From contig JBBSOT010000001.1 of the NCBI GenBank assembly GCA_038259455.1, forward strand, positions 1 to 55,203: a DNA stretch of 55,203 bases, written 5' to 3'. Every line of letters begins with the position of its first letter. Positions within the stretch are counted from its first letter, which is position 1. The translations under genes were made by a program, and so were the position numbers. The stretch comes from Hyphomicrobiales bacterium (lineage in GTDB: Bacteria > Pseudomonadota > Alphaproteobacteria > Rhizobiales > Rhizobiaceae). Positions 22,227 through 32,930 of this stretch are shown piece after piece. A model generated the notes under the pieces. That model was not told the origin of the DNA and made no database searches. It saw nothing but the letters and a program-made list of their open reading frames with translations.

Positions 22227-22634
22227 ATGCCTAGAACTGCCTCTTCAGGCCCGTCCCAGCGGATGCTTCGCGTCGGCGAACAGGTGCGTCATGCGCTTTC
22301 CGAATCGATGCAGCGTGGCGACATTATCGATCCTGTGATCGAAACAGCTGTGATCTCGATTTCAGAGGTGCGCATGTCGCCTGACCTCAAGATCGCCACA
22401 GCCTTCGTTTCGCCGCTCGGCGCCAAGGACCCGGATGCTGTTGTCGACGCTCTGAACAAGCATACCAAATTCGTGCGGGGGCGCGTCTCGCATGCGCTGC
22501 GCCAGATGAAATTCATGCCGCAGTTCAGGTTTCGCCTGGATACCAGTTTCGATAATTTTTCCAGGATTAATGATCTGCTGAAGTCACCGGAAGTTGCGCG
22601 CGACCTTGAGGCAGATCACAAGGAAGACGAATAA
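22227..22634 (+). CDS. rbfA: ribosome-binding factor A
   Basis: 135 aa. The [17 protein letters not shown]-terminus is typical of RbfA, and it occupies the conserved position after infB. Confidence 0.95.
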   Translation: MPRTASSGPSQRMLRVGEQVRHALSESMQRGDIIDPVIETAVISISEVRMSPDLKIATAFVSPLGAKDPDAVVDALNKHTKFVRGRVSHALRQMKFMPQFRFRLDTSFDNFSRINDLLKSPEVARDLEADHKEDE

Positions 22635-23599
22635 TGGGTCGCCGTGGCAAGAAAAAGGGACGACCCATCTCCGGTTGGGTCGTCCTCGACAAGCCCGTCG
22701 GCATGGGCTCGACTGACGCGGTTGCCAAGGTCAAATGGCTCTTTCAAGCGGACAAGGCAGGCCACGCGGGCACGCTAGATCCGCTTGCTTCGGGCATGTT
22801 GCCAATCGCGCTTGGTGAGGCAACCAAAACCGTTCCTTACGTTCAGGATGGTGCCAAGGTGTACCGTTTCACCGTGGCTTGGGGCGACGAGCGATCAACC
22901 GACGATCTCGAGGGTCCGGTCACGAAGACGTCTGACAAGCGACCGGACGAGGCCGATATCCGCGCGCTACTGCCGAAATATACCGGTGTGATCATGCAGA
23001 CGCCGCCGCAATTTTCGGCAATCAAGATCGCCGGGGAACGCGCCTACGATCTGGCGAGAGATGGTGGAACGGTTGATATCCCGCCGCGCGAAGTGGAAAT
23101 CGGTCGCTTCGACCTCCTGGAGACGACCGTCGACGGGAAGTCGGTATTCGAGATCGAATGTGGCAAGGGAACCTACGTCCGCTCGCTGGCACGCGACATG
23201 GGACGCGATCTCGGCTGCTTCGGGCACATTGCAGATTTGCGCCGCACGGAGGTTGATCCGTTCACAGCCGACGATTTTGTGACCATAGCGGAACTCGAAG
23301 CCTGCCGGTTCGCGAACAAGGCAGAGGCAGGTGTCGACACCGGAGAAAACCCACCCGAGGATTTCAGTGCTATCGACGCCTTGCTGGTCGATACTGTCGC
23401 TGCGCTGGACTGCTTGCCGCAGGTGGCGCTTTCCGACGATGCCGCTCAGCGGATCAGATTGGGCAATCCGGTAATCATCCGTGGCCGCGATGCTCCCGTA
23501 CAGGCCGAAGAAGCGTGCGCGACTGTGCGGGGCAAGTTGGTGGCGATCGGCGCCATCGAGGCCGGTATGTTTAGACCCAAGCGGGTATTCGTTGGCTAG
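22634..23599 (+). CDS. truB: tRNA pseudouridine(55) synthase
   Basis: 321 aa with the catalytic motif [12 protein letters not shown]. Its start overlaps the rbfA stop by 1 nt. Confidence 0.95.
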   Translation: MGRRGKKKGRPISGWVVLDKPVGMGSTDAVAKVKWLFQADKAGHAGTLDPLASGMLPIALGEATKTVPYVQDGAKVYRFTVAWGDERSTDDLEGPVTKTSDKRPDEADIRALLPKYTGVIMQTPPQFSAIKIAGERAYDLARDGGTVDIPPREVEIGRFDLLETTVDGKSVFEIECGKGTYVRSLARDMGRDLGCFGHIADLRRTEVDPFTADDFVTIAELEACRFANKAEAGVDTGENPPEDFSAIDALLVDTVAALDCLPQVALSDDAAQRIRLGNPVIIRGRDAPVQAEEACATVRGKLVAIGAIEAGMFRPKRVFVG

Positions 23600-23792
23600 A
23601 GGCACGGTGAAAATGCGGATTGACCTGGTGATGACCCGCAAGCCGCTTGAGCGCGAATGCACTGGCATTTCTCGTTAAACTGAACTATATGCGCCGCAGC
23701 ATGGTGCTAAGCGCCGTGTTTCATGGCCCTTGCTGGACGACATCCCGGCTGTGGGCGTCCGATTTCCAAGATTGTTGAAAGGAAGATTTCCG

Positions 23793-24062
23793 ATGTCGGT
23801 GACAGCAGAACGTAAACAGGCCTTGATGACCGAATTTGCGACCGCAAAGGGCGATACCGGTTCTCCGGAAGTTCAGGTTGCAATTCTTTCCGAGCGTATC
23901 AAGAACCTGACAGAGCACTTCAAGGACCACAAGAAGGACAACCATTCCCGTCGTGGCCTTCTCGCTCTTGTTTCTCAGCGCCGCAGCCTGCTTGACTATC
24001 TCAAGCGCAAGGATGAAGGCCGCTACGCGACACTGATCGAAAAACTCGGCCTACGCCGATAA
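23793..24062 (+). CDS. rpsO: 30S ribosomal protein S15
   Basis: 89 aa starting at ATG 23793 ([15 protein letters not shown]...[11 protein letters not shown]). The track ORF start at 23730 is an upstream extension. GGAAG lies about 7 nt upstream of the ATG. Confidence 0.97.
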   Translation: MSVTAERKQALMTEFATAKGDTGSPEVQVAILSERIKNLTEHFKDHKKDNHSRRGLLALVSQRRSLLDYLKRKDEGRYATLIEKLGLRR

Positions 24063-24068
24063 GAATTT

Positions 24069-24102
24069 GACCGGCGCGCTTTCGAGAGAAGGCGCGCCGG
24101 TC
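24069..24102 (+). terminator. strong hairpin immediately after rpsO (rpsO terminator or processing hairpin, no T-tract)
   Basis: GACCGGCGCGC (24069-24079) pairs perfectly with GCGCGCCGGTC (24092-24102) and can extend by about 3 more pairs. It begins 7 nt after the rpsO stop. No U-run follows, so termination may be partial or the hairpin may be an RNase target. Confidence 0.5.
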
Positions 24103-24339
24103 GTGCATGCGGGCAGCCTCTTCGGCCGTCCGATTCGGCTTCAACCGATCAAGGGGATTGTGTGGAGCCGCCCGTGGACGGTCATGGGGCAGGATTGCAG
24201 GACACTCGCCACGCGCTCAAGCGCGTTTGCAGCACTCGAGTTTCCCGTTGTCTTGCCCGTGGCTCGCCCGAACAGTAAGCCAGGCTGGGAATTCCGCGCC
24301 GGACAAACAGCGCGACCCAGCCGTATCGAAGGACAATAC

Positions 24340-26484
24340 ATGTTCAAGCATCACAAAGTTGAAATCGAGTGGGCAGGTCGCCCGCTCGTTCTGGAAACCG
24401 GCAAGATCGCCCGTCAGGCCGACGGCGCCGTTCTTGCCACCTATGGCGAGACCGTCGTTCTTGCCACTGTCGTCTCGATGAAGGAGCCGAAGCCTGGCCT
24501 CGATTTCTTCCCGCTGACCGTGAACTACCAGGAAAAAACCTATGCTGCCGGCAAGATTCCTGGCGGCTACTTCAAGCGCGAAGGACGTCCGAGCGAAAAG
24601 GAAACACTGGTTTCCCGCCTGATCGATCGCCCGATCCGCCCGCTCTTCGCCAATGGCTACAAGAATGACACTCAGGTTGTCATAACTGTCCTGCAGCACG
24701 ATCTCGAAAACGATCCGGACATTCTGTCGATCGTTGCTACTTCGGCGGCCCTGACCCTTTCGGGCGTCCCGTTCATGGGCCCCATCGGCGGCGCGCGGGT
24801 CGGCTACATCAACGGACAGTACGTGCTCAACCCGCATGTCGACGAGATGCAGGAATCGCAGCTCGATCTGGTTGTCGCTGGCACAGACGCGGCCGTGTTG
24901 ATGGTGGAATCGGAAGCCAAGGAACTTGCCGAAGACATCATGCTCGGCGCGGTCATGTTCGGCCACAAGGGCTTCCAGCCCGTCATTGATGCCATCATCA
25001 AGCTGGCTGAAGTGGCGGCCAAGGAACCGCGCGATTTCACGCCGCCGAGCTACGAAGAGCTTGAAGCCGAGATGCTGAAGATCGTCGAAGGCGAACTTCG
25101 TGACGCCTACAAGAACGTCGACAAGCAGGCCCGTTACACTGCCGTTGACGCCGTCAAGGCCAAGGTAAAGGAAGCGTTTGGGCCGAAGGGTGACGAAGCG
25201 CCAAAGTACACGAGCGAGCAGGTCGGTACGGTCTTCAAGGAACTTCAGGCAAAGATCGTTCGCTGGAACATTCTCGACACCAAGGCCCGGATTGACGGTC
25301 GTGACCTTTCAACGGTCCGCAAGATCGTTTCGGAAGTTGGTGTCCTGCCCCGCACGCATGGTTCGTCGCTGTTTACACGCGGCGAGACCCAGGCGCTGGT
25401 CGTCGCAACGCTGGGTACAGGCGAAGACGAGCAGTATGTCGACAGCCTGACAGGGATGTACAAGGAGAAATTCCTCCTCCATTACAACTTTCCTCCCTAT
25501 TCGGTTGGTGAAACCGGCCGCATGGGTTCGCCAGGTCGGCGCGAGATCGGTCACGGCAAGCTCGCATGGCGCGCCATTCGCCCAATGCTGCCGGCCCCAG
25601 AGGCGTTTCCATACACACTCCGCGTCGTTTCGGAGATTACCGAGTCGAATGGTTCGTCATCGATGGCGACGGTTTGCGGCACCTCTCTGGCGCTGATGGA
25701 TGCAGGCGTTCCGCTCGGAAAGCCCGTTGCCGGTATTGCCATGGGCCTGATCAAGGAAGGCGACCGCTACGCGGTTCTTTCAGACATTCTGGGTGACGAA
25801 GATCATCTCGGCGATATGGACTTCAAGGTTGCCGGAACGGTTGGCGGTATCACTGCATTGCAGATGGACATCAAGATCGACGGTATCACCGAAGAGATCA
25901 TGCAGATCGCGCTCGGCCAGGCCAAGGATGGTCGTCTCCATATTCTTGAAGAGATGTCGAATGCCTTGTCAGGTGCACGCGAGGAACTCGGCGAGTTCGC
26001 ACCGCGCATCGAGGTTATGCAGATCCCGACCGACAAGATTCGTGATGTGATCGGTTCCGGTGGCAAGGTCATTCGCGAAATCGTCGAGAAGACCGGCGCC
26101 AAGATCAACATTGACGATGATGGTGTTATCAAAATCGCGTCTTCCAACGCCAAGGAAATCGAGGCGGCAAAGAAGTGGATCCACACCATCGTGGCTGAGC
26201 CCGAAGTCGGGGAGATTTATGAGGGCACGGTCGTCAAGACCGCTGATTTCGGCGCGTTCGTCAATTTCTTCGGACCGAAGGACGGCCTCGTACATATTTC
26301 GCAGCTTGCCAACGACCGCGTGGCCAAAACCTCCGACGTCGTCAAGGAAGGCCAGAAAGTATTCGTCAAGCTGATGGGCTTTGACGAACGTGGCAAGGTT
26401 CGCCTGTCCATGAAGGTCGTCGATCAGGAAATCGGTAAGGAAATCGCACGCGAGAAGCGGGCGGAAGGCGAAGACGCAGCCTGA
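24340..26484 (+). CDS. pnp: polyribonucleotide nucleotidyltransferase (PNPase)
   Basis: The conserved N-terminus [31 protein letters not shown] starts at ATG 24340. The track ORF start at 24067 is a 91-codon in-frame extension through the leader. Two RNase PH domains plus KH and S1 domains are recognisable. Confidence 0.97.
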   Translation: MFKHHKVEIEWAGRPLVLETGKIARQADGAVLATYGETVVLATVVSMKEPKPGLDFFPLTVNYQEKTYAAGKIPGGYFKREGRPSEKETLVSRLIDRPIRPLFANGYKNDTQVVITVLQHDLENDPDILSIVATSAALTLSGVPFMGPIGGARVGYINGQYVLNPHVDEMQESQLDLVVAGTDAAVLMVESEAKELAEDIMLGAVMFGHKGFQPVIDAIIKLAEVAAKEPRDFTPPSYEELEAEMLKIVEGELRDAYKNVDKQARYTAVDAVKAKVKEAFGPKGDEAPKYTSEQVGTVFKELQAKIVRWNILDTKARIDGRDLSTVRKIVSEVGVLPRTHGSSLFTRGETQALVVATLGTGEDEQYVDSLTGMYKEKFLLHYNFPPYSVGETGRMGSPGRREIGHGKLAWRAIRPMLPAPEAFPYTLRVVSEITESNGSSSMATVCGTSLALMDAGVPLGKPVAGIAMGLIKEGDRYAVLSDILGDEDHLGDMDFKVAGTVGGITALQMDIKIDGITEEIMQIALGQAKDGRLHILEEMSNALSGAREELGEFAPRIEVMQIPTDKIRDVIGSGGKVIREIVEKTGAKINIDDDGVIKIASSNAKEIEAAKKWIHTIVAEPEVGEIYEGTVVKTADFGAFVNFFGPKDGLVHISQLANDRVAKTSDVVKEGQKVFVKLMGFDERGKVRLSMKVVDQEIGKEIAREKRAEGEDAA

Positions 26485-26507
26485 CCGGCCACCTACGATA
26501 AGTTAGG

Positions 26508-26544
26508 ACGGGCGCGGCCTTCTGGACCGCGCCCGTTTTGCTTT
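26508..26544 (+). terminator. rho-independent terminator downstream of pnp
   Basis: ACGGGCGCGG (26508-26517) pairs with CCGCGCCCGT (26527-26536) and is followed by TTTGCTTT. It lies 24 nt after the pnp stop. Confidence 0.7.
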
Positions 26545-26565
26545 GTATGGCACTCTTGCGAGCCG

Positions 26566-27585
26566 ATGATGAACCCTGATCCACAGAAAACGCTGCTCTA
26601 TCCGTTCGAGGCAGGTGACCTTGCCTGCCCGCGAGATGGCGGAAAATTCCTTTTTATCGGTGGACGCCCGGGCGCGAGCCTACCCGCAGCATTCAACGCT
26701 TCGGTGCACTTCGTGCAAGGCTTCAGACCATACTTCAATGACCTTGCGACTGCCGGAAATGCCGTATCGCCGCGTGTTGAAGGGACAGATTTCAACGGTG
26801 CGCTTGTGCTCACAGGTCGTCATCGCCGACAGAATGAAGCCTGGATCGCGACCGCAATTCGGCACGTTCTGCCGGGTGGTCTCATCGTCGTTGCAGGCAC
26901 CGCCGAGGACGGCGTGGCCAGCCTGCGCAAGAGGTTGGGCAAGCTGGTCGAGCTTGATGGACACTTGCCGAAATACCATGGCGTGGTGATGTGGTTTCGA
27001 CGACACGAGGACGCCAAGGACGCGATTGCCGGACTGACGGTGGAGGCTAAACTTGCGGAGCGGCGTTTCGTGGCCTCGCCAGGAATGTTCTCGCATGACC
27101 GGATCGACGCGGGGTCGCGTCTGCTTGCTGAACATCTGCCGGAAAACTCTAAGGGGGCCGCGGCCGATTTTGGCGCTGGCTGGGGTTATCTGGCCACGGT
27201 CTTGGCCGAGCGTACGAAGGGATTGAGTTCGATTGACCTCTATGAAGCCGATTTTGAGTCAGTGGAGGCAGCAAGGCACAATCTGGCCTCTGTCCCCGGC
27301 GCTCCGCCGACCGAATTTTTCTGGCACGACCTGGTTCGCGAAAAAGTGGAAAGAAGGTACGATCTGATCGTCATGAACCCGCCGTTTCATGTGGGACGGG
27401 CAGCAGAACCGGCAATTGGCCAAGCGATGATCGCGACTGCATCGTCGGCCCTGAAGCAGGGTGGACGCCTGTTTATGGTCCAGAACCGCGGGCTGCCGTA
27501 TGAGCATACGCTCAAAGGCCGGTTTTCAAGAGTCGAGGAACTCAAGCGAGACGGTGCCTTCCGCATTGTCGTGGCGCAACGATAG
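26566..27585 (+). CDS. class I SAM-dependent methyltransferase, RsmC/RlmG-like (rRNA guanine-N2 type)
   Basis: 339 aa with a C-terminal MTS-type domain, SAM-binding DFGAGWG and the catalytic MNPPFH motif. Confidence 0.8.
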   Translation: MMNPDPQKTLLYPFEAGDLACPRDGGKFLFIGGRPGASLPAAFNASVHFVQGFRPYFNDLATAGNAVSPRVEGTDFNGALVLTGRHRRQNEAWIATAIRHVLPGGLIVVAGTAEDGVASLRKRLGKLVELDGHLPKYHGVVMWFRRHEDAKDAIAGLTVEAKLAERRFVASPGMFSHDRIDAGSRLLAEHLPENSKGAAADFGAGWGYLATVLAERTKGLSSIDLYEADFESVEAARHNLASVPGAPPTEFFWHDLVREKVERRYDLIVMNPPFHVGRAAEPAIGQAMIATASSALKQGGRLFMVQNRGLPYEHTLKGRFSRVEELKRDGAFRIVVAQR

Positions 27586-27785
27586 GCGCTGAGCCCATAA
27601 CAGCGAAGGCCGGTGTCAACCAGGTCGCTGCGGATGGTTGATGATTCGACATACGGCCCGGAATGGTGGGAGCGGTCGCCAACAGACTTATCGGTTTGTA
27701 ACTCAATCCAGCAGAAAACTCGTTGAAACCTTGTCGATGAACGCCAGTTTTCCGGGATTTGTCGAGCTTCGTATGACGCCGGAAG

Positions 27786-28598
27786 TTATTCCTGGCGTTG
27801 GTCGAAGCGCCTCAACTCCTCAAGAACCGGCATCGAGACAATATGGTAGCCGGAATCGACATGATGGATCTCTCCAGTCACGCCCGCAGAAAGGTCCGAG
27901 ACGAGGTACAGCGCCGAACGCCCGACCTCATCGATGGTGACCGTGCGGCGCAGCGGTGAATTTCGCTGCTGATAGGCAAGCATTGGACGTGAATCCGTGA
28001 TTCCGGCACCGGCAAGCGTGCGGATCGGGCCAGCCGATAGTGCGTTGACCCGGATATTTCGCGGTCCGAAATCATTGGCAAGGTAACGCACGCTGGCCTC
28101 AAGACCGGCCTTGGCGACGCCCATCACGTTATAATTAGGCATGATGCGCGTGGATCCCGCGTAAGTAAGCGTGATCATTGATCCGCCGTTTGTCATCAGC
28201 TTGGCGGCGTGCCGCGCGCACTCGGTAAAGGAGAAGCACGAGATAACCATGGTGCGGACGAAATTGTCCCGGCTGGTGTCAGCATAGAGACCCTTCAACT
28301 CGTTCTTGTCGGAAAATCCGATGGCATGAACGATGAAGTCGATGCTGCCCCATTCGCTGTCAAGGGCATCGAAAACAGCCGCTGTTGAAGCGCTGTCCTC
28401 GACATCACAAGGTAGGACGAGCGAAGATCCCAGCCTTTCCGCCAATGGCCTTACACGACGGCCGAACCCTTCGCCCTGGTAGGTGAAGGCAAGCGTGGCA
28501 CCCTGGTCCGCAAGCTGTTGCGCGATGCCCCATGCGATGGAGTGATCGTTTGCTACGCCCATGATCAGGCCGCGCTTGCCGTGCATCAGATCGCCCAT
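27786..28598 (-). CDS. fabI: enoyl-[acyl-carrier-protein] reductase (NADH)
   Basis: FabI-type N-terminus GKRGLIMGVANDHSIAWG and catalytic Y...K region (YNVMGVAKAGLE). ATG 28598 is preceded by AGGAAG. The track start is TTG 28601. Confidence 0.95.
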   Translation of the reverse strand: MGDLMHGKRGLIMGVANDHSIAWGIAQQLADQGATLAFTYQGEGFGRRVRPLAERLGSSLVLPCDVEDSASTAAVFDALDSEWGSIDFIVHAIGFSDKNELKGLYADTSRDNFVRTMVISCFSFTECARHAAKLMTNGGSMITLTYAGSTRIMPNYNVMGVAKAGLEASVRYLANDFGPRNIRVNALSAGPIRTLAGAGITDSRPMLAYQQRNSPLRRTVTIDEVGRSALYLVSDLSAGVTGEIHHVDSGYHIVSMPVLEELRRFDQRQE

Positions 28599-28608
28599 CA
28601 AGGACTTC

Positions 28609-29829
28609 CTATGTTGGATAGCGTTGGAAGATCAGCGTGGCGTTGGTGCCGCCGAAGCCAAAAGAATTCGAAAGAACCCGGTCCATCTTCGCATCGTCGA
28701 TGCGCTTGCGCACGATCGGCATGCCCTCGAACTCGGGATCCAGTGTTTCGATGTGGGCACTTTCGCCGATGAAACCGCCCTGCATCATCAGAATCGAGTA
28801 GATCGACTCCTGCACGCCGGCCGCACCTAGGGAATGTCCGCTCAGGGATTTCGTCGAGCTGATATGCGGCATCGCTTCGCCAAAGACTTCGCGGATCGCA
28901 GCCATTTCCCGCGAATCTCCGACGGGCGTCGATGTGCCGTGCGTGTTTATGTAGTCGACCGGGCCCGAAACTGTCGCAAGCGCCTGTTTCATGCAGCGCA
29001 CAGCACCTTCGCCAGAGGGAGCCACCATATCGTAGCCGTCGGAAGTTGCTCCGTAGCCGACGACCTCGGCATAGATTTTCGCGCCGCGAGCCTTGGCGTG
29101 CTCGAGTTCCTCAAGAACCAGCACACCTGCCCCGCCCGCGATAACAAAGCCATCCCGATCAACGTCGTAAGCCCGGGATGCTTCAGCGGGGCGATCATTG
29201 AACTTTGACGACATGGCGCCCATGGCGTCGAAAAGGTTGGACATCGACCAGTGCAGGTCTTCGTGTCCGCCGGCAAAAACGATGTCCTGTTTGCCCCACT
29301 GGATCAATTCATATCCATTGCCGATACAGTGGGCCGAGGTCGAGCAAGCCGATGATATCGAATAGTTGACGCCGTGAATCTTGAACCATGTCGCCAGTGT
29401 CGCTGAGGCAGTTGAAGACATGCCTTTTGGTACGGCAAACGGACCGATGCGCTTCGGGCTGCCATTTTTGCGCGTGATATCGGCAGCATCCATGATCACT
29501 GTCGTAGACGGACCGCCAGAGCCCATCACGATGCCGGTACGCTCGTTTGTAATATCGCCTGCCTCAAGCCCCGCATCTGCAATGGCTTGGTCCATGGCAA
29601 CGTGGTTCCATTGTCCTCCCTTGGCAAGGAAGCGCAGGGCGCGCCGGTCAATCAGCGGTGCCGGGTCGAGCTTCGGCTCGCCCCAGACCTGACAGCGGAA
29701 GCCATGCTCCGCGAAAGACTCTGAGAATGTGATGCCTGACTTTGCATCGTGCAGGGAAGCTTGCACTTCCGCCGCATTGTCGCCAATTGACGACACAATT
29801 CCGAGGCCAGTTACGACGACCCGTCTCAT
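28609..29829 (-). CDS. fabB: beta-ketoacyl-ACP synthase I
   Basis: 406 aa with active-site Cys context [12 protein letters not shown] and the two His motifs ([17 protein letters not shown]). It is adjacent to fabA. Confidence 0.95.
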   Translation of the reverse strand: MRRVVVTGLGIVSSIGDNAAEVQASLHDAKSGITFSESFAEHGFRCQVWGEPKLDPAPLIDRRALRFLAKGGQWNHVAMDQAIADAGLEAGDITNERTGIVMGSGGPSTTVIMDAADITRKNGSPKRIGPFAVPKGMSSTASATLATWFKIHGVNYSISSACSTSAHCIGNGYELIQWGKQDIVFAGGHEDLHWSMSNLFDAMGAMSSKFNDRPAEASRAYDVDRDGFVIAGGAGVLVLEELEHAKARGAKIYAEVVGYGATSDGYDMVAPSGEGAVRCMKQALATVSGPVDYINTHGTSTPVGDSREMAAIREVFGEAMPHISSTKSLSGHSLGAAGVQESIYSILMMQGGFIGESAHIETLDPEFEGMPIVRKRIDDAKMDRVLSNSFGFGGTNATLIFQRYPT

Positions 29830-29859
29830 CTCAAACTCCTTGCGGTCGAGCGTTGGCAG

Positions 29860-30378
29860 TTAAGCCGCCGCTGCTTGTTTGAACAGGCCAACCCGCAGAT
29901 CTGTGGCCCGATAAATGGTTTCGCCATCGGCCTTAAGCCATCCGTCGCCGATGCCAAGTACGAGCCGACCTCGAACGATTCGCTTGAAATCAACGCCGTA
30001 TTCCACCTTTTTTGTCGCCGGCGTAACCATGCCGGTAAATTTCACTTCGCCTGTAGACAAGGCGCGTCCCTTGCCAGGCTCACCCAGCCAGCAAAGAAAA
30101 AATCCACTCAACTGCCACATTGCGTCAAGCCCGAGGCACCCCGGCATGACGGGGTCTTTCAGGAAGTGGCAGGGAAAAAACCAAAGATCGGGATGGATAT
30201 CGAGTTCGGCGCGTATGAATCCCTTGCCAAACTCTCCACCCTCCTCGCTCACTTCTGTGATGCGGTTGAACATCAACATGGGCGGATAGGGAAGCTGAGC
30301 GTTTTCAGGGCCGAACACTTCTCCCCGAGCACAAGCCAGCAATTCCTCGTAATCATAGCTGGACTTCGAAGCCGCCAT
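29860..30378 (-). CDS. fabA: 3-hydroxydecanoyl-ACP dehydratase/isomerase
   Basis: 172 aa with FabA motifs [24 protein letters not shown]. Confidence 0.95.
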   Translation of the reverse strand: MAASKSSYDYEELLACARGEVFGPENAQLPYPPMLMFNRITEVSEEGGEFGKGFIRAELDIHPDLWFFPCHFLKDPVMPGCLGLDAMWQLSGFFLCWLGEPGKGRALSTGEVKFTGMVTPATKKVEYGVDFKRIVRGRLVLGIGDGWLKADGETIYRATDLRVGLFKQAAAA

Positions 30379-30630
30379 CTATCGTTTCCCCGTTTCGCCG
30401 GGCGGCGAGGCGCCCTTGTCGTTTCGTAGCTAACACAATCCGCCTGCCAGCGGAAACCGCCGTCAGCGATTATCGTGCTCAACCGCCAGGGTCAATGCAC
30501 GCTATTGATCGTCTTCCACCAAGCGAATATGTTGTACCTCAAGCGGGTCCGTTTGACCGCACGGTTTATCTGCCGTGTGGGTCTTGTCGGAGACCCATCA
30601 CAGGTCGATGGACTATGGGGTCCGGAGCAA

Positions 30631-31038
30631 ATGGTTACGGTGGACAAGCGGGTTCGAGATGCAGGGTTGCGGCCGACACGTCAACGTGTCGCCTTAGGGA
30701 ACCTTTTGTTCGCGAAAGGCGATCGGCATCTTTCCGCCGAAGAACTGCATGAGGAAGCGCTAGCTGCGGGCGTCCCGGTATCGCTGGCAACGGTCTACAA
30801 CGCCCTTCATCAGTTTACCGAAGCGGGACTTTTGCGCATACTCGCCGTGGAGGGCGCCAAGACCTACTTTGATACGAATACCTCTGACCACCATCACTTC
30901 TTTGTCGAAGGCGAAAACAGGATTTTCGATATCGCTGCTGGCCCTGTGGAGATAACCAACCTTCCTGAGCCGCCTGAAGGCATGGAAATCGCGAATGTCG
31001 ATATTGTCGTTCGTTTGCGTCCCAAACGGGCCAAATAG
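30631..31038 (+). CDS. irr: Fur family iron response regulator Irr
   Basis: The Fur-family fold begins at ATG 30631 (MVTVDKRVRDAGLRPTRQRVAL). The track ORF start at 30475 is an extension. It has the HHH motif (TSDHHHFF) and lies divergent from fabA, as I recall for irr in Brucella and other Rhizobiales. Confidence 0.85.
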   Translation: MVTVDKRVRDAGLRPTRQRVALGNLLFAKGDRHLSAEELHEEALAAGVPVSLATVYNALHQFTEAGLLRILAVEGAKTYFDTNTSDHHHFFVEGENRIFDIAAGPVEITNLPEPPEGMEIANVDIVVRLRPKRAK

Positions 31039-31151
31039 CCGCAGCGTCAGCGCCAGCGGCTGGTATCCAGAGTGCCACTCAACTGTAGTCATTCGTCTCG
31101 AGCTGGGGAGGGGGCGTCGTGGCCGAACGCAAAATTGGCAACCACTGATGT

Positions 31152-31715
31152 TCAATCCTTGACGAGTTCGCCCGGATAGGCACCCCAGACCTGCGACTGG
31201 CTTATCCAACCGGTATGTCCGTCAAACGTCATCTCGCACCACTTTCCATTGCAGTCACGAATAGTCCCGATGACACCGGGTTCTATCATCGCCATGGTCC
31301 GGGAGCCCGCGTCGGGTTCTTCGAGAAGATTGATCCGCGCGTCCTTTCCTTTCTGCCAAGGTGCCGCGATGGCCGTTCTGCGTCCTGAAAGAAGCGATTG
31401 ATTGATCCAGCCCTCTGACCCGTCGGCATCGCGCACGCGTCGCCAGTTGTCATACTCCTGAATGATCTCCATTGGCAGGCCAGGTTTGAGGTACAGCCAT
31501 TCGACCGAATAGTTGACGCCAGGCCCGATTCGAGAATTCACCTTGCCAGACTTGAGACTGACGAAGCGAGGAAGCGGCAGGCCGCTGGGACCTCTCGAAA
31601 TGTCCTGTGCCGGTTGCGCCGCATTTGCAATGGCCGGAGGAGCCACCGACGCCGTCAGCAGCACGCCGACCAACGCAAAACTGAACGTCAGGTGAAATGA
31701 GGCGGAGTGGGACAC
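31152..31715 (-). CDS. secreted SH3 (SH3b-like) domain protein
   Basis: 187 aa. It has an N-terminal signal peptide (LVGVLLTASVAPPAIANA) and two SH3-like segments (VNSRIGPGVNYSV...WRRVRDADGSEGW and WCEMTFDGHTGWI). Confidence 0.75.
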   Translation of the reverse strand: MSHSASFHLTFSFALVGVLLTASVAPPAIANAAQPAQDISRGPSGLPLPRFVSLKSGKVNSRIGPGVNYSVEWLYLKPGLPMEIIQEYDNWRRVRDADGSEGWINQSLLSGRRTAIAAPWQKGKDARINLLEEPDAGSRTMAMIEPGVIGTIRDCNGKWCEMTFDGHTGWISQSQVWGAYPGELVKD

Positions 31716-31883
31716 GTCGGGTTCCTCTGGTCGGAATGCGCGCTGCCCGCCTTAGCGATCAGCCACGCCCTTTTTCTTTGTCATCAGCAAATCGGCTTGT
31801 TACACAGTCAGCCAAGCCGAGCCGTTCCAGTCTCGCCTGTCTTGGTTAAAGAGGTCTGAAGCAGGATCTGTTTCGAGGAAGCA

Positions 31884-32885
31884 ATGGTCGGCAAGAAGAA
31901 GCCCCTCGTCATCATTACGCGCAAACTGCCTGACGCGGTCGAGACGCGGATGCGCGAGCTTTTCGACGCTCGGCTGAATGTGGACGACCGTCCCATGAGC
32001 CAGCCCGAACTCGTCGCGGCGATGAAGCAGGCCGACGTGTTGGTCCCGACCATCACCGATCGTATCGACGAGGCGCTTATTGCGCAGGCAGGCGAGAATC
32101 TTAAGCTGATTGCCAACTTCGGCAATGGCGTCGACAGGATCGATGTCGCGGCAGCCGCCCGGAAAGGAATCTCGGTCACGAACACACCGAACGTTCTGAC
32201 TGAAGATACCGCTGACATGACCATGGCGTTGATTCTGACAGTGCCACGCCGCCTGATGGAGGGCGCCAACGTTCTGGATGGCTCGGGCAAATGGACCGGT
32301 TGGTCACCGACTTGGATGCTGGGCCGGCGTATATTGGGCAAGCGCCTCGGCATTGTCGGCATGGGCCGCATAGGCACCGCTGTTGCGCGCCGGGCAAAGG
32401 CGTTTGGCCTCTCGATCCATTATCACAATCGAAATCGCGTGCTTCCGGCGGTAGAGGACGCGCTTGAGGCAACCTATTGGGAGAGCCTCGATCAGATGCT
32501 TGCCCGGATGGATATCATTTCGGTCAACTGCCCTTCGACCCCGGCAACATTCCATCTCCTTTCGGCCCGGCGTCTGGCGCTGATGCAACCCTCTTCCTAC
32601 CTCGTCAACACCGCTCGCGGTGACCTTATCGACGAGGACGCCCTGATAGGCATGCTTCAGGACGGTAGACTGGCAGGCGCCGGGCTTGACGTCTTCGAGC
32701 ATGAGCCTGCTGTCAACCCGAAGCTCATTAAACTGGCCAGGCAGGGGAAGGTCGTCATCCTGCCGCACATGGGATCGGCAACGATCGAAGGTCGTATCGA
32801 TATGGGCGAAAAGGTCATAATTAACATCCGGGCTCATTGTGACGGCCATCGGCCGCCCGACCGGGTCCTGCCGCTGAAAATATAG
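31884..32885 (+). CDS. D-isomer-specific 2-hydroxyacid dehydrogenase (glyoxylate/hydroxypyruvate reductase-like)
   Basis: 333 aa with the NAD-binding motif GIVGMGRIGTAVARR and a catalytic region containing NTARG and PHMGSAT. Confidence 0.9.
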   Translation: MVGKKKPLVIITRKLPDAVETRMRELFDARLNVDDRPMSQPELVAAMKQADVLVPTITDRIDEALIAQAGENLKLIANFGNGVDRIDVAAAARKGISVTNTPNVLTEDTADMTMALILTVPRRLMEGANVLDGSGKWTGWSPTWMLGRRILGKRLGIVGMGRIGTAVARRAKAFGLSIHYHNRNRVLPAVEDALEATYWESLDQMLARMDIISVNCPSTPATFHLLSARRLALMQPSSYLVNTARGDLIDEDALIGMLQDGRLAGAGLDVFEHEPAVNPKLIKLARQGKVVILPHMGSATIEGRIDMGEKVIINIRAHCDGHRPPDRVLPLKI

Positions 32886-32930
32886 CTCGCTGACAGCTAT
32901 CGTCGATTTTTGGAGCGGCCGGGCAAAGGC

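Noticed and set aside
24067-24339. N-terminal 91-codon extension of the pnp ORF in the track. Analogous extensions exist for dgoA (to 2378), rimP (16434), nusA (17128), rpsO (23730), irr (30475), mutM (40752), deoB (41929), cpaD (47663) and cpaE (48426).
   Set aside because: The extensions are Arg/Pro/Ala-rich, overlap upstream genes or structured leaders, and precede clearly homolog-like N-termini with their own start codons.
27586-27785. Possible small gene (27638..27940 +) or bidirectional terminator in the convergent RsmC-like/fabI spacer
   Set aside because: The ORF runs into fabI on the opposite strand and has no motif. I could not find a convincing hairpin plus U-tract on either strand.
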